IMG/VR virus record: IMGVR_UViG_3300023116_000009
Location: 64,001-128,000 of that record
Origin: a virus
DNA: 64,000 bases
Direction: 5' to 3' (one strand)
Shown: positions 1-8,694 of the stretch, one piece after another
Numbering within the stretch: position 1 is the first letter of the stretch
How the letters are laid out: the number at the start of each line of letters is the position of its first letter
The notes under the pieces: model-generated
Seen by the model: the letters and a program-made list of their open reading frames with translations, nothing else
What the model was told of the DNA's origin: nothing
Database searches by the model: none
Program-made: the position numbers and the translations under genes

Positions 1-226
1 AACCACCAGGACCCTGGAAGGCATGGGACCAGACCTTTGCCCATGGCAGTTCATTGCCCTCTGCCACAGGGAGGAAGCGAATTACAGCACTACCGACGTT
101 ATCTTTGCCCATGGCAGGTTTCCAGATGCGATCGTCGATATAACCTGATTTACCTTCAGTTTTGTTCAGTTCTGCGGTCAACTTGCTGAGCAGGGAACCT
201 TTGGACTTCAGGGATTCGAAAGACAT
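1..226 (-). CDS. gp32: ssDNA-binding protein gp32 (5' part, truncated by window edge)
   Basis: Hand translation MSFESLKSQGSLLSKLTAELNK...IDDRIWKP...VIRFLP...PWAKVWSHAFQGPGG matches the T4-type gp32 N-terminus; follows gp59. Confidence 0.9.
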   Translation of the reverse strand, partial: MSFESLKSKGSLLSKLTAELNKTEGKSGYIDDRIWKPAMGKDNVGSAVIRFLPVAEGNELPWAKVWSHAFQGPGG

Positions 227-279
227 TTGTATTCTCCGTATTAGTTGGATTGGTTGGATTGTGTCGTATTGACTGGATT

Positions 280-308
280 ATCATAGCAAGGGGGGAGGGT
301 CTTGTCAA
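280..308 (-). promoter_or_regulatory. sigma70-type promoter for gp32
   Basis: TTGACA-N17-TATGAT on minus strand. Confidence 0.7.
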
Positions 309-652
309 CCCTCTTCTGCTTCAAGAGTTTCTCTGAGGGAATCGACCGCTTGCTTGGCAAGACGAAACACCTCTGGTCCTACTTGACTGGTAGGTATTCC
401 CATTTGCTTGGCAGCAATTCGGAAATTCTCCTTCACCATTTCACTGTCATCATCATCTGAAAGCATGACCCTAGTATATAGTATCTGTTGTTTTTCGACA
501 AGAGTATCCATGTCGTCAAACATTTGCAACTTCTCTTCCTTTGAAAGATCTGCAAAGCGATACATTTTTTGAGTCACATCTCGATACAATCGATACATGA
601 CTTCTGCTTCTCTTTTAACTATCTCCGAAGAGAATAAATTCTTATCATTCAT
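305..652 (-). CDS. conserved cyanophage protein (DUF1825-like)
   Basis: FSSEIVKREAE...EEKLQMFDDM pattern recalled for DUF1825; usual position between gp59 and gp32. Confidence 0.55.
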   Translation of the reverse strand: MNDKNLFSSEIVKREAEVMYRLYRDVTQKMYRFADLSKEEKLQMFDDMDTLVEKQQILYTRVMLSDDDDSEMVKENFRIAAKQMGIPTSQVGPEVFRLAKQAVDSLRETLEAEEG

Positions 653-1230
653 AAGTGTTCTGCTACAATTTGTTTTGCTTTTGAAGTTTCATAGTTGACG
701 AAGGGATCATACTTCTTTATCATTTTTGACATGCGTTTCCAAATCACATCATCACCAATAATTGTATCATACCTACTGGCAAAATTGGTAATCCTATTTA
801 AAAGAACCAATGTCTCTAGCATAATATGACCACCAAGGTACATCCTCAATGCCTTTGAATGAGTGCCCCTCTCACATTGAAGCGACTTATTAAGGGACTC
901 ACATTCATTCATAATATTTTCCAAATCCGTCTTGAACAAATAAGTTATACTCTGCTGCCTTCTTTTCCACTCAACTAAATTTGAGGGATTCATATTTTTA
1001 ATATAGAAGTTAGAGTTAACTACAAAATTTGATACAAAAAATTCTACGACATCATTTTCATTGTACTGTCCACCAAGACGTTCAAAGAAATAGATGTCGT
1101 TTCTTTTTTGAAAAGATTCTTTTGAAACTCTGTTGAGTTTAGTTTTTTCATACCGAAAATAATCGTACCTGTCCGTTGTAAAATGTGTTTTAATTGCAAC
1201 GTAGGTAAGATACACTTCAAAAGCAGACAT
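649..1230 (-). CDS. gp59: helicase loader gp59
   Basis: AFEVYLTYVAIKTHFTTDRYDYFRY N-terminus; synteny gp33-gp59-gp32. Confidence 0.85.
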   Translation of the reverse strand: MSAFEVYLTYVAIKTHFTTDRYDYFRYEKTKLNRVSKESFQKRNDIYFFERLGGQYNENDVVEFFVSNFVVNSNFYIKNMNPSNLVEWKRRQQSITYLFKTDLENIMNECESLNKSLQCERGTHSKALRMYLGGHIMLETLVLLNRITNFASRYDTIIGDDVIWKRMSKMIKKYDPFVNYETSKAKQIVAEHL

Positions 1231-1232
1231 AA

Positions 1233-1505
1233 TTAAATAGGAAGTACACCTCTGGTTGTTTTCTTGATGTAGTTGAGGCGGGTTGCCTCTGCTTTAATTT
1301 TTTCTTTCAATGACGGTGCGATCAACTTAACAACGGACTCAACTTCAAGGTCTTTTGCCTCACAGAAATCTACGATAGCATCAATATAGTTGAGTGTTTT
1401 ATTGCTGTCTTTCACAATGTTTTCAATTGTCATTGAAAACTTATTCTTATCCATAAAGTTGTCATCAATTAACTGATCAATGTTTTTGTTTGGTTTAATG
1501 GGCAT
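1233..1505 (-). CDS. gp33: late transcription coactivator gp33
   Basis: FSMTIENIV...YIDAIVDFCE...LKEKIKAEATRLNY; start uncertain. Confidence 0.85.
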   Translation of the reverse strand: MPIKPNKNIDQLIDDNFMDKNKFSMTIENIVKDSNKTLNYIDAIVDFCEAKDLEVESVVKLIAPSLKEKIKAEATRLNYIKKTTRGVLPI

Positions 1506-2154
1506 CTCTGTACTCTGCAATGTAATCTTTTAGCAGAGGCACATAATCGTCAGGATTTTTGATGAACACTTGGGTCTCCCCGTTTTGGCATGTAATTAGG
1601 GTGACAATTTGCTCGACCCTAATGCCAGACCTTTCTTCATACATCTTAGCATACCCTGTCTCTTGAACAAAGTAGTTCTCAATCCAGGATTCTTGCTTCT
1701 CTTTTGATGATGTCTTAAAGTCAATGATAGACAAGACATCATCAAATTCAGCAATGCAATCTACTCGTCCAGCAATACCAAACTCGTGACTGTATAAAGG
1801 TGCCTCTTGAAAGTGAATGTTGTTAATACGATTAAACATGGACTTTGCCTGTTTAAACAGTAACAACGCAAGATACTTATCTTTGTACCTTTCTAAGTCA
1901 AGATTATTGTTTAGATAATCTTCCACAATACTATGTAGCGAGGTTCCAACTAACGCTGCACGAGTTGAGATCTTGTTTGCTTCTTCTGCACCTACTCTAC
2001 TCCTCCACTCTGCAATTGATTTGCGTTTGCGGAAGGAGCAGATGGTGGAGATTGAAGGATAATTCTCTTCACCTACGGCATACACCCTTTTCCCTTCGAC
2101 AGTAGTTGCTTTAATGTCTTCAAGGATGACGCCCATATCAACGTGATTAAACAT
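1495..2154 (-). CDS. PD-(D/E)xK exonuclease (Cas4/RecB-like, cyanophage exonuclease A)
   Basis: YPSISTI, GTSLH, GRVDC...IIDFKTS, Q-x-x-x-Y motifs. Confidence 0.8.
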   Translation of the reverse strand: MFNHVDMGVILEDIKATTVEGKRVYAVGEENYPSISTICSFRKRKSIAEWRSRVGAEEANKISTRAALVGTSLHSIVEDYLNNNLDLERYKDKYLALLLFKQAKSMFNRINNIHFQEAPLYSHEFGIAGRVDCIAEFDDVLSIIDFKTSSKEKQESWIENYFVQETGYAKMYEERSGIRVEQIVTLITCQNGETQVFIKNPDDYVPLLKDYIAEYRDAH

Positions 2155-2909
2155 TAAGCAAACCCCAAATGCATTTTACTAAGAATGTAACTCTTGATGA
2201 GACCACTTCTCACAATATCATTGACATCAAATTCAATGCTTGCAAACTCATCCATAACCTCAAGAATCTTCATGAAATCAAGGATGCCATTCTTTTCGTT
2301 GGTCTTAACCAAGTCAGTTTGAAGTGCATCACCTGCAAAAATAATCTTACAATCAGTACCCACACGAGTGATGATTGAATCTAATTCATGGAAGTTTAGA
2401 TTCTGTGCTTCGTCCACAATGACAATAGCATTGTCTAAAGTTGTGCCACGAAGGAATGAAGTGCTCCAGAATGAGACAGTTTCCTGTGCCTTTAGATTAT
2501 CATACAGCATATTGTACGCTGGATCATCAGGCATCTTGAACATGTGTTCAACCATGTTCTTGTAAGGAATTTGATACAAGTTTGACTTGTCATCATGATC
2601 TCCTGGAAGGAAACCAATCTCTCTAGTAGGAACCAAAGAGCGGACAATGTACAGTTTTTCATAAGGAGAAGTTCCTGAGAGAATCTCCTTCAATGCAAGG
2701 TACATAGCAATAAAGGTTTTACCAGTACCAGCACAACCATACAGGAACAAATGCTTGCCTGCTTCATATGCTTCATATGCCTTTTCCTGATTCTCAGTAA
2801 GAGGTGGTAGATCCTTAAGTTGATCAATGTTGATGGGTTTCTTACGTCTCATTTGCTTAGGAGTACTATTAACAAAATCGAACTGGTTGTCCTTTCTTCT
2901 TCTGGGCAT
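2154..2909 (-). CDS. phoH: PhoH-family ATPase
   Basis: GCAGTGKT Walker A, FLRGTTL, VDEAQN, GDALQTD. Confidence 0.95.
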   Translation of the reverse strand: MPRRRKDNQFDFVNSTPKQMRRKKPINIDQLKDLPPLTENQEKAYEAYEAGKHLFLYGCAGTGKTFIAMYLALKEILSGTSPYEKLYIVRSLVPTREIGFLPGDHDDKSNLYQIPYKNMVEHMFKMPDDPAYNMLYDNLKAQETVSFWSTSFLRGTTLDNAIVIVDEAQNLNFHELDSIITRVGTDCKIIFAGDALQTDLVKTNEKNGILDFMKILEVMDEFASIEFDVNDIVRSGLIKSYILSKMHLGFA

Positions 2910-2915
2910 ACGTGT

Positions 2916-3149
2916 TTAAGGAGGAGTAATAGTAGAACCGTAGTTTGCTTTCTTGATTGACTTCAGAACATCTCTGAAACCATCAGGAACTTTGTTTCGG
3001 ATACCTGCATCAGCAACAACTCCAGGGAAGTTTCCATGATACTGTTCCAGATGAGGATTATCTTGCTTGTATTTATCGAGCTCAGTGAAACTCATGCGAA
3101 CTTCAATGATCTCTCCTGTTTCCTTGTTCCTAAAATCATACAGGGGCAT
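2916..3149 (-). CDS. FmdB-like small regulatory protein
   Basis: MPLYDFRNKETGE...VPDGFRDVL; typical neighbour of phoH. Confidence 0.55.
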   Translation of the reverse strand: MPLYDFRNKETGEIIEVRMSFTELDKYKQDNPHLEQYHGNFPGVVADAGIRNKVPDGFRDVLKSIKKANYGSTITPP

Positions 3150-3798
3150 TGTTTTCTCCGTGTGTTGTCCACCCCATTGCCTCAGCAACAATAGGGAATT
3201 GACCTGCAAAGATGCACTTACATTCGTTTGCAATGTCCATATGTTCTTTCTGTGTACCGTGAGCAGAACGCAACTCGATATAATGGATCCATGAACGCAC
3301 AGATCCCGTCATGTAAATACGAGTTGGCGTTGCCAAAGGCAATACAAAACGGGCACACTCTTTTGCAATTCCTTTGTCAAGCATGTTCTTGTAGAGATCC
3401 ATAGCAGAAGCAAAGTGCTTCTGGATCTCAATCTGAAACTGCTGCTTTGTAAAGTCGTCGATGTCGTCAATAGAATTCTGACGGTTCTTTGTATCCTGAC
3501 GACGAAGATCAAAGAGAGGAATCTCTTCAGCAAGCAGAGAAGAATCTGCGTAGCGTTGTGAGAATTCTTGATATGTAAATGAGCGATGTCGGAGTATCTG
3601 AGCTGCCAGTCCCCTGGTGGTCTCGATCTCAAGCGTCATATGCGCCTGCTCAAAGACGCTCCAATGCCCGTGTTTAATGCAGTAGGACAAAAGACCCGCA
3701 ACCTTTGGATTATCCTGGTTGTTGGGGTTGCTAACACGTGCTACATACCCCATCGTCTTTTCAGCATCAGGGGTAACTGAAATCAATTTAACTTGCAT
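3136..3798 (-). CDS. thyX: flavin-dependent thymidylate synthase
   Basis: HWSVFEQ, QILRHRSFTYQEFSQRY ThyX motif. Confidence 0.95.
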   Translation of the reverse strand: MQVKLISVTPDAEKTMGYVARVSNPNNQDNPKVAGLLSYCIKHGHWSVFEQAHMTLEIETTRGLAAQILRHRSFTYQEFSQRYADSSLLAEEIPLFDLRRQDTKNRQNSIDDIDDFTKQQFQIEIQKHFASAMDLYKNMLDKGIAKECARFVLPLATPTRIYMTGSVRSWIHYIELRSAHGTQKEHMDIANECKCIFAGQFPIVAEAMGWTTHGENNAPV

Positions 3799-4003
3799 AA
3801 TACGTTTGATAATACTTTACAATACCATTAGGAAGTGCATGTCCTTGGGAAACCCAATCATTACAGCATTCAGTAATTGACTGCATACTGTAACGGGGTT
3901 CACCGTTTTCATCGGTCAACCCACCAAATCGATTGAGAAGGATGTTGTAAACTTCTTGGCGTAATTCCATACGCTCATCGTTGTAGCGCCAATCTTCATT
4001 CAT
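3788..4003 (-). CDS. hypothetical protein
   Basis: MNEDWRYNDERM...; ATGA overlap with the upstream gene's stop codon. Confidence 0.6.
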   Translation of the reverse strand: MNEDWRYNDERMELRQEVYNILLNRFGGLTDENGEPRYSMQSITECCNDWVSQGHALPNGIVKYYQTYYAS

Positions 4004-4383
4004 TTTTTCTTGGGTTTGGAGTTGTTCCATAACTTCGGGTTTATCATACCATACCATGGATCCATATGCAAGATCTTTCCACCAATAGGATTTAGCATAT
4101 CATAGTAGGCATCAAAAACAATGACCATCTTAGGTCCCCTTACGTGGTCATGGATAACTCTACCATCCAGTTCATACGTAATAAGAATAGCGTCTGATGG
4201 CCATTGTTTTTTATTAATATCTGACGGAACGCATTGATGATTGAAAATTTCCACGCCATACCTAGAGCGTAGAAATTTCTTATCAGATTCAGTCAGTCCT
4301 TGTTGCATTGATGAGTTCTCTAATTCTGTTTTCACAGAATCCTGGGTTTGATAGTCGGACTCTGTGGAAAGTTTCTTGGACAT
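4000..4383 (-). CDS. hypothetical protein
   Basis: ORF in gene-dense minus-strand run; start MSKKLSTE. Confidence 0.55.
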   Translation of the reverse strand: MSKKLSTESDYQTQDSVKTELENSSMQQGLTESDKKFLRSRYGVEIFNHQCVPSDINKKQWPSDAILITYELDGRVIHDHVRGPKMVIVFDAYYDMLNPIGGKILHMDPWYGMINPKLWNNSKPKKK

Positions 4384-4449
4384 TGTGCTCCTCCTGAATG
4401 CACTTTTCAATCATATAAATCACTCTGTCTTCATTGACAATACTAACCA

Positions 4450-4875
4450 TTATTCACTCCATTTGATTTCAGGAAATGCTTCTTTAACTACGGCATGAGT
4501 AATTCTAAATTTTGTCTGAAGGCAACCGTCCTTAGCAAGACATACAATGTCTGCTTCTGACTCATGAAGTCCTTCCAGGAGTTGAATGAACAGTTGCTCT
4601 CTCTTCATGCGAGAAAGGGTATTTGCTCCTTTAATGAATCGCCATAGATTACGTGCTTCCCTTTCAAGAACAGTATGTTCTGTACCAATAGGAGCATCGT
4701 TTCTATTAAATGGCACTTCACCTTCAGGAAGATCAGAACTAATGTTAGGATCAAAATTCCATTTCAAAATGGAGCGAAGTGCTTGTGAATTATTATCCCT
4801 AAGGATTTTAATCTTTTCTTGTTTGGTCTTGGCATTAGATGCCTTTTTAATAACTTCAGAAATCAAGAGTTTCAT
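4450..4875 (-). CDS. conserved T4-like hypothetical protein
   Basis: LPEGEVPF...REQLFIQLLEGLHESEA pattern; TAAATA-type element at about 4901. Confidence 0.7.
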   Translation of the reverse strand: MKLLISEVIKKASNAKTKQEKIKILRDNNSQALRSILKWNFDPNISSDLPEGEVPFNRNDAPIGTEHTVLEREARNLWRFIKGANTLSRMKREQLFIQLLEGLHESEADIVCLAKDGCLQTKFRITHAVVKEAFPEIKWSE

Positions 4876-4903
4876 AAGTAATACAAAGTGTCGTGTGTTT
4901 TAT

Positions 4904-5176
4904 TTAGTCGTCAGGGAATGGATCAGAATCAAAGGCGTCTGTAGGATCAAACTCTACGCTAATTAATTTAGCAACTTGGAATGGAATAGTATTGCCATCT
5001 TCATCCATCATCTCTGGATGTGGTGTAAAGGTGACTTCCTCTTCCTCCTCCTGATTTGCTAAGGTCTCCATAAACGTAGTGAAATATGCATGACCAAACC
5101 ATCCAAATAAAAATCCAATTAGTGCGCTTCCAACCGTAAATAACGTGGAAAATACTAGGATAACTGCTGTCGTCAT
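4904..5176 (-). CDS. hypothetical membrane protein
   Basis: N-terminal TM helix MTTAVILVF..., acidic tail with PHPEMMDEDG. Confidence 0.6.
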   Translation of the reverse strand: MTTAVILVFSTLFTVGSALIGFLFGWFGHAYFTTFMETLANQEEEEEVTFTPHPEMMDEDGNTIPFQVAKLISVEFDPTDAFDSDPFPDD

Positions 5177-5255
5177 CTTCTTGTCTCCTTCCTGGGATTT
5201 ATCCTCTATGGGTAAGTTAGGTTTCTTCCTCCTAAGACGCATGAACTCATCACCT

Positions 5256-5630
5256 TTATTTATGGGCAATTCCTGACTTTCGCTTTTTGATTGTGGTTCC
5301 AGGTTTTCTTCCTGGTCTTCGTTCTTTTTCATACTTCCATGCGTCTGTGAGAATTTTGTAAAGATAGTCCTTAATCTTTCTTGCTTGTGGTTTTGAAAGA
5401 TGACCGTATGCTTCCTTTGCGATTTTATCTTTACCCTTAATGTAAAGTTCTAACTCCAGTACGATGTTAGAAATACTGACAGCAGTAGGACTTTCAATAA
5501 ATGCGGTCACTTCTCTACGAGTGAACTTAGATGATTTCACATATGTGTAGAGATTAAATAGAAACTTTCCGTCAAAGGCAGCATCGATTGACTTTTCGAC
5601 GAGGACGTAAATTTCTTCGGTGGGTTCCAT
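5256..5630 (-). CDS. conserved hypothetical protein
   Basis: EAYGHLSKPQARKIKDYL motif, basic C-terminus. Confidence 0.65.
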   Translation of the reverse strand: MEPTEEIYVLVEKSIDAAFDGKFLFNLYTYVKSSKFTRREVTAFIESPTAVSISNIVLELELYIKGKDKIAKEAYGHLSKPQARKIKDYLYKILTDAWKYEKERRPGRKPGTTIKKRKSGIAHK

Positions 5631-5866
5631 TAGATAAGTTCGTTTTCTTGAAGGTAATGCAGTGTGTCTTTGAATCCTCCGATGTGTTTGGTGTTAATAG
5701 AAATCTGAGGGAACGTAGCACCCTCACCAAACTCAGCGTAAAACTCTTTCTTAGTAAAGTGTTTTTCGTACTTATACTCAGTGTATTTAACAGATAAATT
5801 ATCAAATAACATCTTGGCACGGTCGCACCACTGACAATTATCTTTTGAATAAAGAATGACTTCCAT
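5630..5866 (-). CDS. nrdC: glutaredoxin (NrdC-like)
   Basis: CQWC active site and TFPQI motif. Confidence 0.85.
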   Translation of the reverse strand: MEVILYSKDNCQWCDRAKMLFDNLSVKYTEYKYEKHFTKKEFYAEFGEGATFPQISINTKHIGGFKDTLHYLQENELI

Positions 5867-5890
5867 GACCTCCAGGGGTAACTTCAAACA

Positions 5891-5925
5891 AGTATACCAA
5901 TAAAAAAGGGGGGTGTCAACCCCCC
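5891..5925 (-). promoter_or_regulatory. sigma70 promoter overlapping a terminator hairpin
   Basis: TTGACA-N17-TATACT; the -35 hexamer is the loop of a G/C hairpin followed by T6. Confidence 0.7.
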
Positions 5926-6122
5926 AGATCATTGACGATGCGTTTACATTCGTCTATGTTCTTTTTGCAAAAATTGCGAACATAAGAATCAGTATCTACT
6001 TCCATACTATGGTGAGCATGTGTGTGTATCAATTGAATAAAACAAAGAGACCCAAAAGTTATCAATACTAAATGACAAACTGGACTGCTTACACAACAGA
6101 ATAGATTCTTTTTAAAGTTCAT
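5916..6122 (-). CDS. hypothetical protein
   Basis: Small ORF with hydrophobic segment and C-terminal Cys pair. Confidence 0.4.
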   Translation of the reverse strand: MNFKKNLFCCVSSPVCHLVLITFGSLCFIQLIHTHAHHSMEVDTDSYVRNFCKKNIDECKRIVNDLGG

Positions 6123-6147
6123 AAAAAAAGGGGGTCATAAGACCCCC
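6123..6147 (-). terminator. intrinsic terminator
   Basis: GGGGGTC-ttat-GACCCCC followed by T7. Confidence 0.75.
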
Positions 6148-6155
6148 AACAGAGA

Positions 6156-6521
6156 TCAGAAGGAGTACTTCAGACCAACCTTGGTTCCATAGTTGTTGTC
6201 ACCACCGTCAACGGTAGCGAATGAGATCTCACCATAGATACCCAGGGATTCGGTAGCAGCAACGCCAACACCTGCCTTACCAGAGAAAACAGTGCTGGTT
6301 TCACCACCATCAGGAGTGGCGATAGAAGGACCTGCTTGAGCGTACCAGGAAGCGGACTCACCCAGAGCACCTTCGTAACCGACGTGAAGGTCGGTGGTGG
6401 TGCCAGAGTAGTTGCTGCCGCTGAAACCAGAATTAGCTTCAACGTTCACATAAGGACCTGCCATTGCAGCGCCAGCGAAAAGGGGAGCAGCAGCCAGAGC
6501 TGCGAATGCGGATTTAATCAT
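6156..6521 (-). CDS. small outer-membrane beta-barrel-like exported protein
   Basis: Signal peptide MIKSAFAALAAAPLFAGAAMA, alternating beta pattern, C-terminal GLKYSF; GAGG RBS. Confidence 0.65.
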   Translation of the reverse strand: MIKSAFAALAAAPLFAGAAMAGPYVNVEANSGFSGSNYSGTTTDLHVGYEGALGESASWYAQAGPSIATPDGGETSTVFSGKAGVGVAATESLGIYGEISFATVDGGDNNYGTKVGLKYSF

Positions 6522-6725
6522 TTGAAAATACCTCGTAGAATTTTTACTTGTGGAATGGTTACCCACAGATGTTGGTCGGATCGACTTCCAACGCTTGCTA
6601 ATCATAACAGATCCCGTTGCGAGTAATTGAGGCATTGGTGCTGTTATCCAACTGGCACATGTGACAGTTGTAATATATGTATACAAAAAGTATACAAATG
6701 TTAGGTAGTGATAACCACCTAACAA

Positions 6726-6810
6726 CGGAGAGTCAGGGATTCGAACCCTGGGAGGTGTGACCCTCGCTGGTTTTCAAGACCAGTGCCATAAACCACTCGA
6801 CCAACTCTCC
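6726..6810 (-). tRNA. tRNA-Ser(TGA)
   Basis: Cloverleaf GGAGAGT...ACTCTCC, anticodon arm CTGGT-CTTGAAA-ACCAG, long variable arm, GGTTCGAATCC. Confidence 0.95.
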
Positions 6811-6812
6811 AG

Positions 6813-7049
6813 TCAGCGACGACTACAATAGTAACCGCCGCGAGGTTTGTCGGCACAAATCCAAACGTTTGTACCTGTATTGTTCCAATGTCTTACTGCG
6901 TTTGCAACAATGAAACAGTTAGTGACAAAATAAGTGAGAAGTATAAGAGTGCGTATACCAGCAACGATATTCGCCTCTTTGTCACTTCGTCCTTCTTTTC
7001 GTCCGAGTGCATAACTCCACAATCTCCATGCATTAGTCAGGATACCCAT
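6813..7049 (-). CDS. hypothetical membrane protein
   Basis: WRLWSYALGRKEG...VANAVRHW, one TM helix. Confidence 0.6.
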   Translation of the reverse strand: MGILTNAWRLWSYALGRKEGRSDKEANIVAGIRTLILLTYFVTNCFIVANAVRHWNNTGTNVWICADKPRGGYYCSRR

Positions 7050-7197
7050 CATCATCGTCAAAGATTGGGGTGCATTTTGTGATGTCATCATAAGAAAGAT
7101 ACGATGTCTCATCAGAATAAACTTCTGATTCAATCTCGCTCACCAGTCGCTTAAGTTCTTTAAGCAACTCCTTTAATCTTACTCGATCCATGCCCAT
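7033..7197 (-). CDS. hypothetical protein (54 aa, below ORF-track cutoff)
   Basis: Hand translation MGMDRVRLKELLKELKRLVSEIESEVYSD...DDDDGYPD. Confidence 0.6.
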   Translation of the reverse strand: MGMDRVRLKELLKELKRLVSEIESEVYSDETSYLSYDDITKCTPIFDDDDGYPD

Positions 7198-7200
7198 TTG

Positions 7201-7878
7201 TCAACCCCCCTTGAGGAATCCATTTTCCTTCAACCACTTTCGAGTCAGTGGTGTTGGTTCGTAGTCAGTCCACATTGTACCAGAAGCACACGATTCAAGT
7301 GCTTTCATAGTCATACCTTCAGTTCTACCTGCCCATTGTGCTTCTGCCTCCCAAGGAACTGCAGAACTAGGATACGTCCTTTCTGCTAACGTGCGCCAAA
7401 GCATGGGCACTTTCTCTTCTGGCATAATGATAGCGATCATCGAGTTCTTGATGCTACCTGCCATGCAATCCTGAGCAGCGTGCCATCCTTCATGACGCAT
7501 TACCATCATTAGTGTGCCAGGTTCATCCATGTATCTCTTGTTGAGATAGAAGTTATTAGTTACAGTATGGTATACACCACGGTGCATCACAGGAAAATAC
7601 TTACTATCCGCTAGAAACACCTTAACTCCGATTGAATTAAGGGAAGAGAGCATGTTGTTAAACTCAGCAGCAAAAGGAGTATACTCATCAGTATTGGGAT
7701 ACTGAGAAGAAATATCAAGAATGCTGTATACCTCTTTGACTCCATCTGTACATTCCCTGACTATCATACAACCCATGGAATCCATAGAATTGTATCCTTT
7801 AATGTGACCTTTTGTATGGTCCGCAAGTGCAGGGGTAGCAAGAAGAGATGCTGCTAACGCTGCTAAAATCCTTTTCAT
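7201..7878 (-). CDS. exported HExxH putative metallopeptidase
   Basis: Signal peptide plus RHEGWHAAQDC and a downstream E-x-E-A motif. Confidence 0.55.
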   Translation of the reverse strand: MKRILAALAASLLATPALADHTKGHIKGYNSMDSMGCMIVRECTDGVKEVYSILDISSQYPNTDEYTPFAAEFNNMLSSLNSIGVKVFLADSKYFPVMHRGVYHTVTNNFYLNKRYMDEPGTLMMVMRHEGWHAAQDCMAGSIKNSMIAIIMPEEKVPMLWRTLAERTYPSSAVPWEAEAQWAGRTEGMTMKALESCASGTMWTDYEPTPLTRKWLKENGFLKGG

Positions 7879-8204
7879 TTACGTAATACTCCATCAATAA
7901 ATGTAATGTTTATTCTTGGGAATGCTGCGTAGTGGCAATCCCATTTGGAAGGATAAACTTCTATGGTTCTAGTTATGTAAACTGGTTTAACTTTACCATG
8001 AGATCCATTAGGAACTGCATCCCAACCAATCGCACCATTCAATTCAAAATCTTGAGTTCCTGAATAATCAATCTCAAATAACTGACCAGCAGGATCGATC
8101 CAGTATGTCATCATTGAACATTCAAGATCCTTTGTCTGTAAATCTCTATGCCAAAAACTAGGACCCAAATCAATGGAAGACCTAATCGTATCAAACATTC
8201 CCAT
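7875..8204 (-). CDS. hypothetical protein
   Basis: MGMFDTI...QTKDLEC N-terminus typical of phage hypotheticals. Confidence 0.6.
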   Translation of the reverse strand: MGMFDTIRSSIDLGPSFWHRDLQTKDLECSMMTYWIDPAGQLFEIDYSGTQDFELNGAIGWDAVPNGSHGKVKPVYITRTIEVYPSKWDCHYAAFPRINITFIDGVLRK

Positions 8205-8224
8205 GTTAGATTGCGGTTATACTA

Positions 8225-8260
8225 ATTATACCGAAAAAAAGAGAGGGTGTCAACCCTCTC
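8225..8260 (-). promoter_or_regulatory. sigma70 promoter overlapping a terminator hairpin
   Basis: Perfect TTGACA-N17-TATAAT; GAGAGGG-TTGACA-CCCTCTC followed by a T run. Confidence 0.75.
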
Positions 8261-8274
8261 TGTCTACAAGTAAC

Positions 8275-8439
8275 TCACTTATTATAAGTGTGACCACGAT
8301 AACAGAATGTACCGTGGGTCTCATCGACTCCTTGCTTACACTCATACTTGACACCACGATAGGATGTCATGTGAATTTGTGCATCATGAAGTGCAGATGC
8401 CTTTTGGATCTGCTGGCGAATGAGGTTAAGTGTGTTCAT
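8275..8439 (-). CDS. DUF4278-like small protein (54 aa)
   Basis: Hand translation MNTLNLIRQQ...MTSYRGVKY...GTFCYRGHTYNK with repeated YRG; AGGAG RBS. Confidence 0.7.
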   Translation of the reverse strand: MNTLNLIRQQIQKASALHDAQIHMTSYRGVKYECKQGVDETHGTFCYRGHTYNK

Positions 8440-8472
8440 GATTTTACTCCTAAAAGAATGGGTGAATTAACT

Positions 8473-8692
8473 CCCGTTCCTTCAGTCGTTTGCGTCCTAT
8501 GCCTCTAAAGAAAAGCATACAGGATCAGTATGATCCATCCATTTAAAGATAAGTTCGACCTTTTCAGATGGACTAAAAAGTTCGGACTCTAATATTCCTT
8601 GAGATAACCACTCAAAGTCCTCACACTTTAAATAATCTGAAGATGGGACATGAGTAGCGAGTAGTAAACTGAGAAATAGCATAGGATGAACG
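8473..8692 (-). ncRNA. glutamine-riboswitch-like element 2 (split by a nested ORF)
   Basis: CGTTCATCCTATGC ... GCATAGGACGCAAACGACTGAAGGAACGGG; P1 CGUUC/GAACG; upstream of a DUF4278-like gene. Confidence 0.6.
8497..8682 (-). CDS. hypothetical 61-aa protein nested in an RNA motif
   Basis: ORF track; hydrophobic N-terminus. Confidence 0.55.
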   Translation of the reverse strand: MLFLSLLLATHVPSSDYLKCEDFEWLSQGILESELFSPSEKVELIFKWMDHTDPVCFSLEA

Positions 8693-8694
8693 CT

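Noticed and set aside
1495-2154. Cas4-like nuclease as evidence of a CRISPR system
   Set aside because: A stand-alone exonuclease in its usual cyanophage position, with no array nearby
6156-6725. 189-aa extension of the OMP-like ORF
   Set aside because: The signal peptide and RBS place the start at 6521; the extension is leader and promoter sequence
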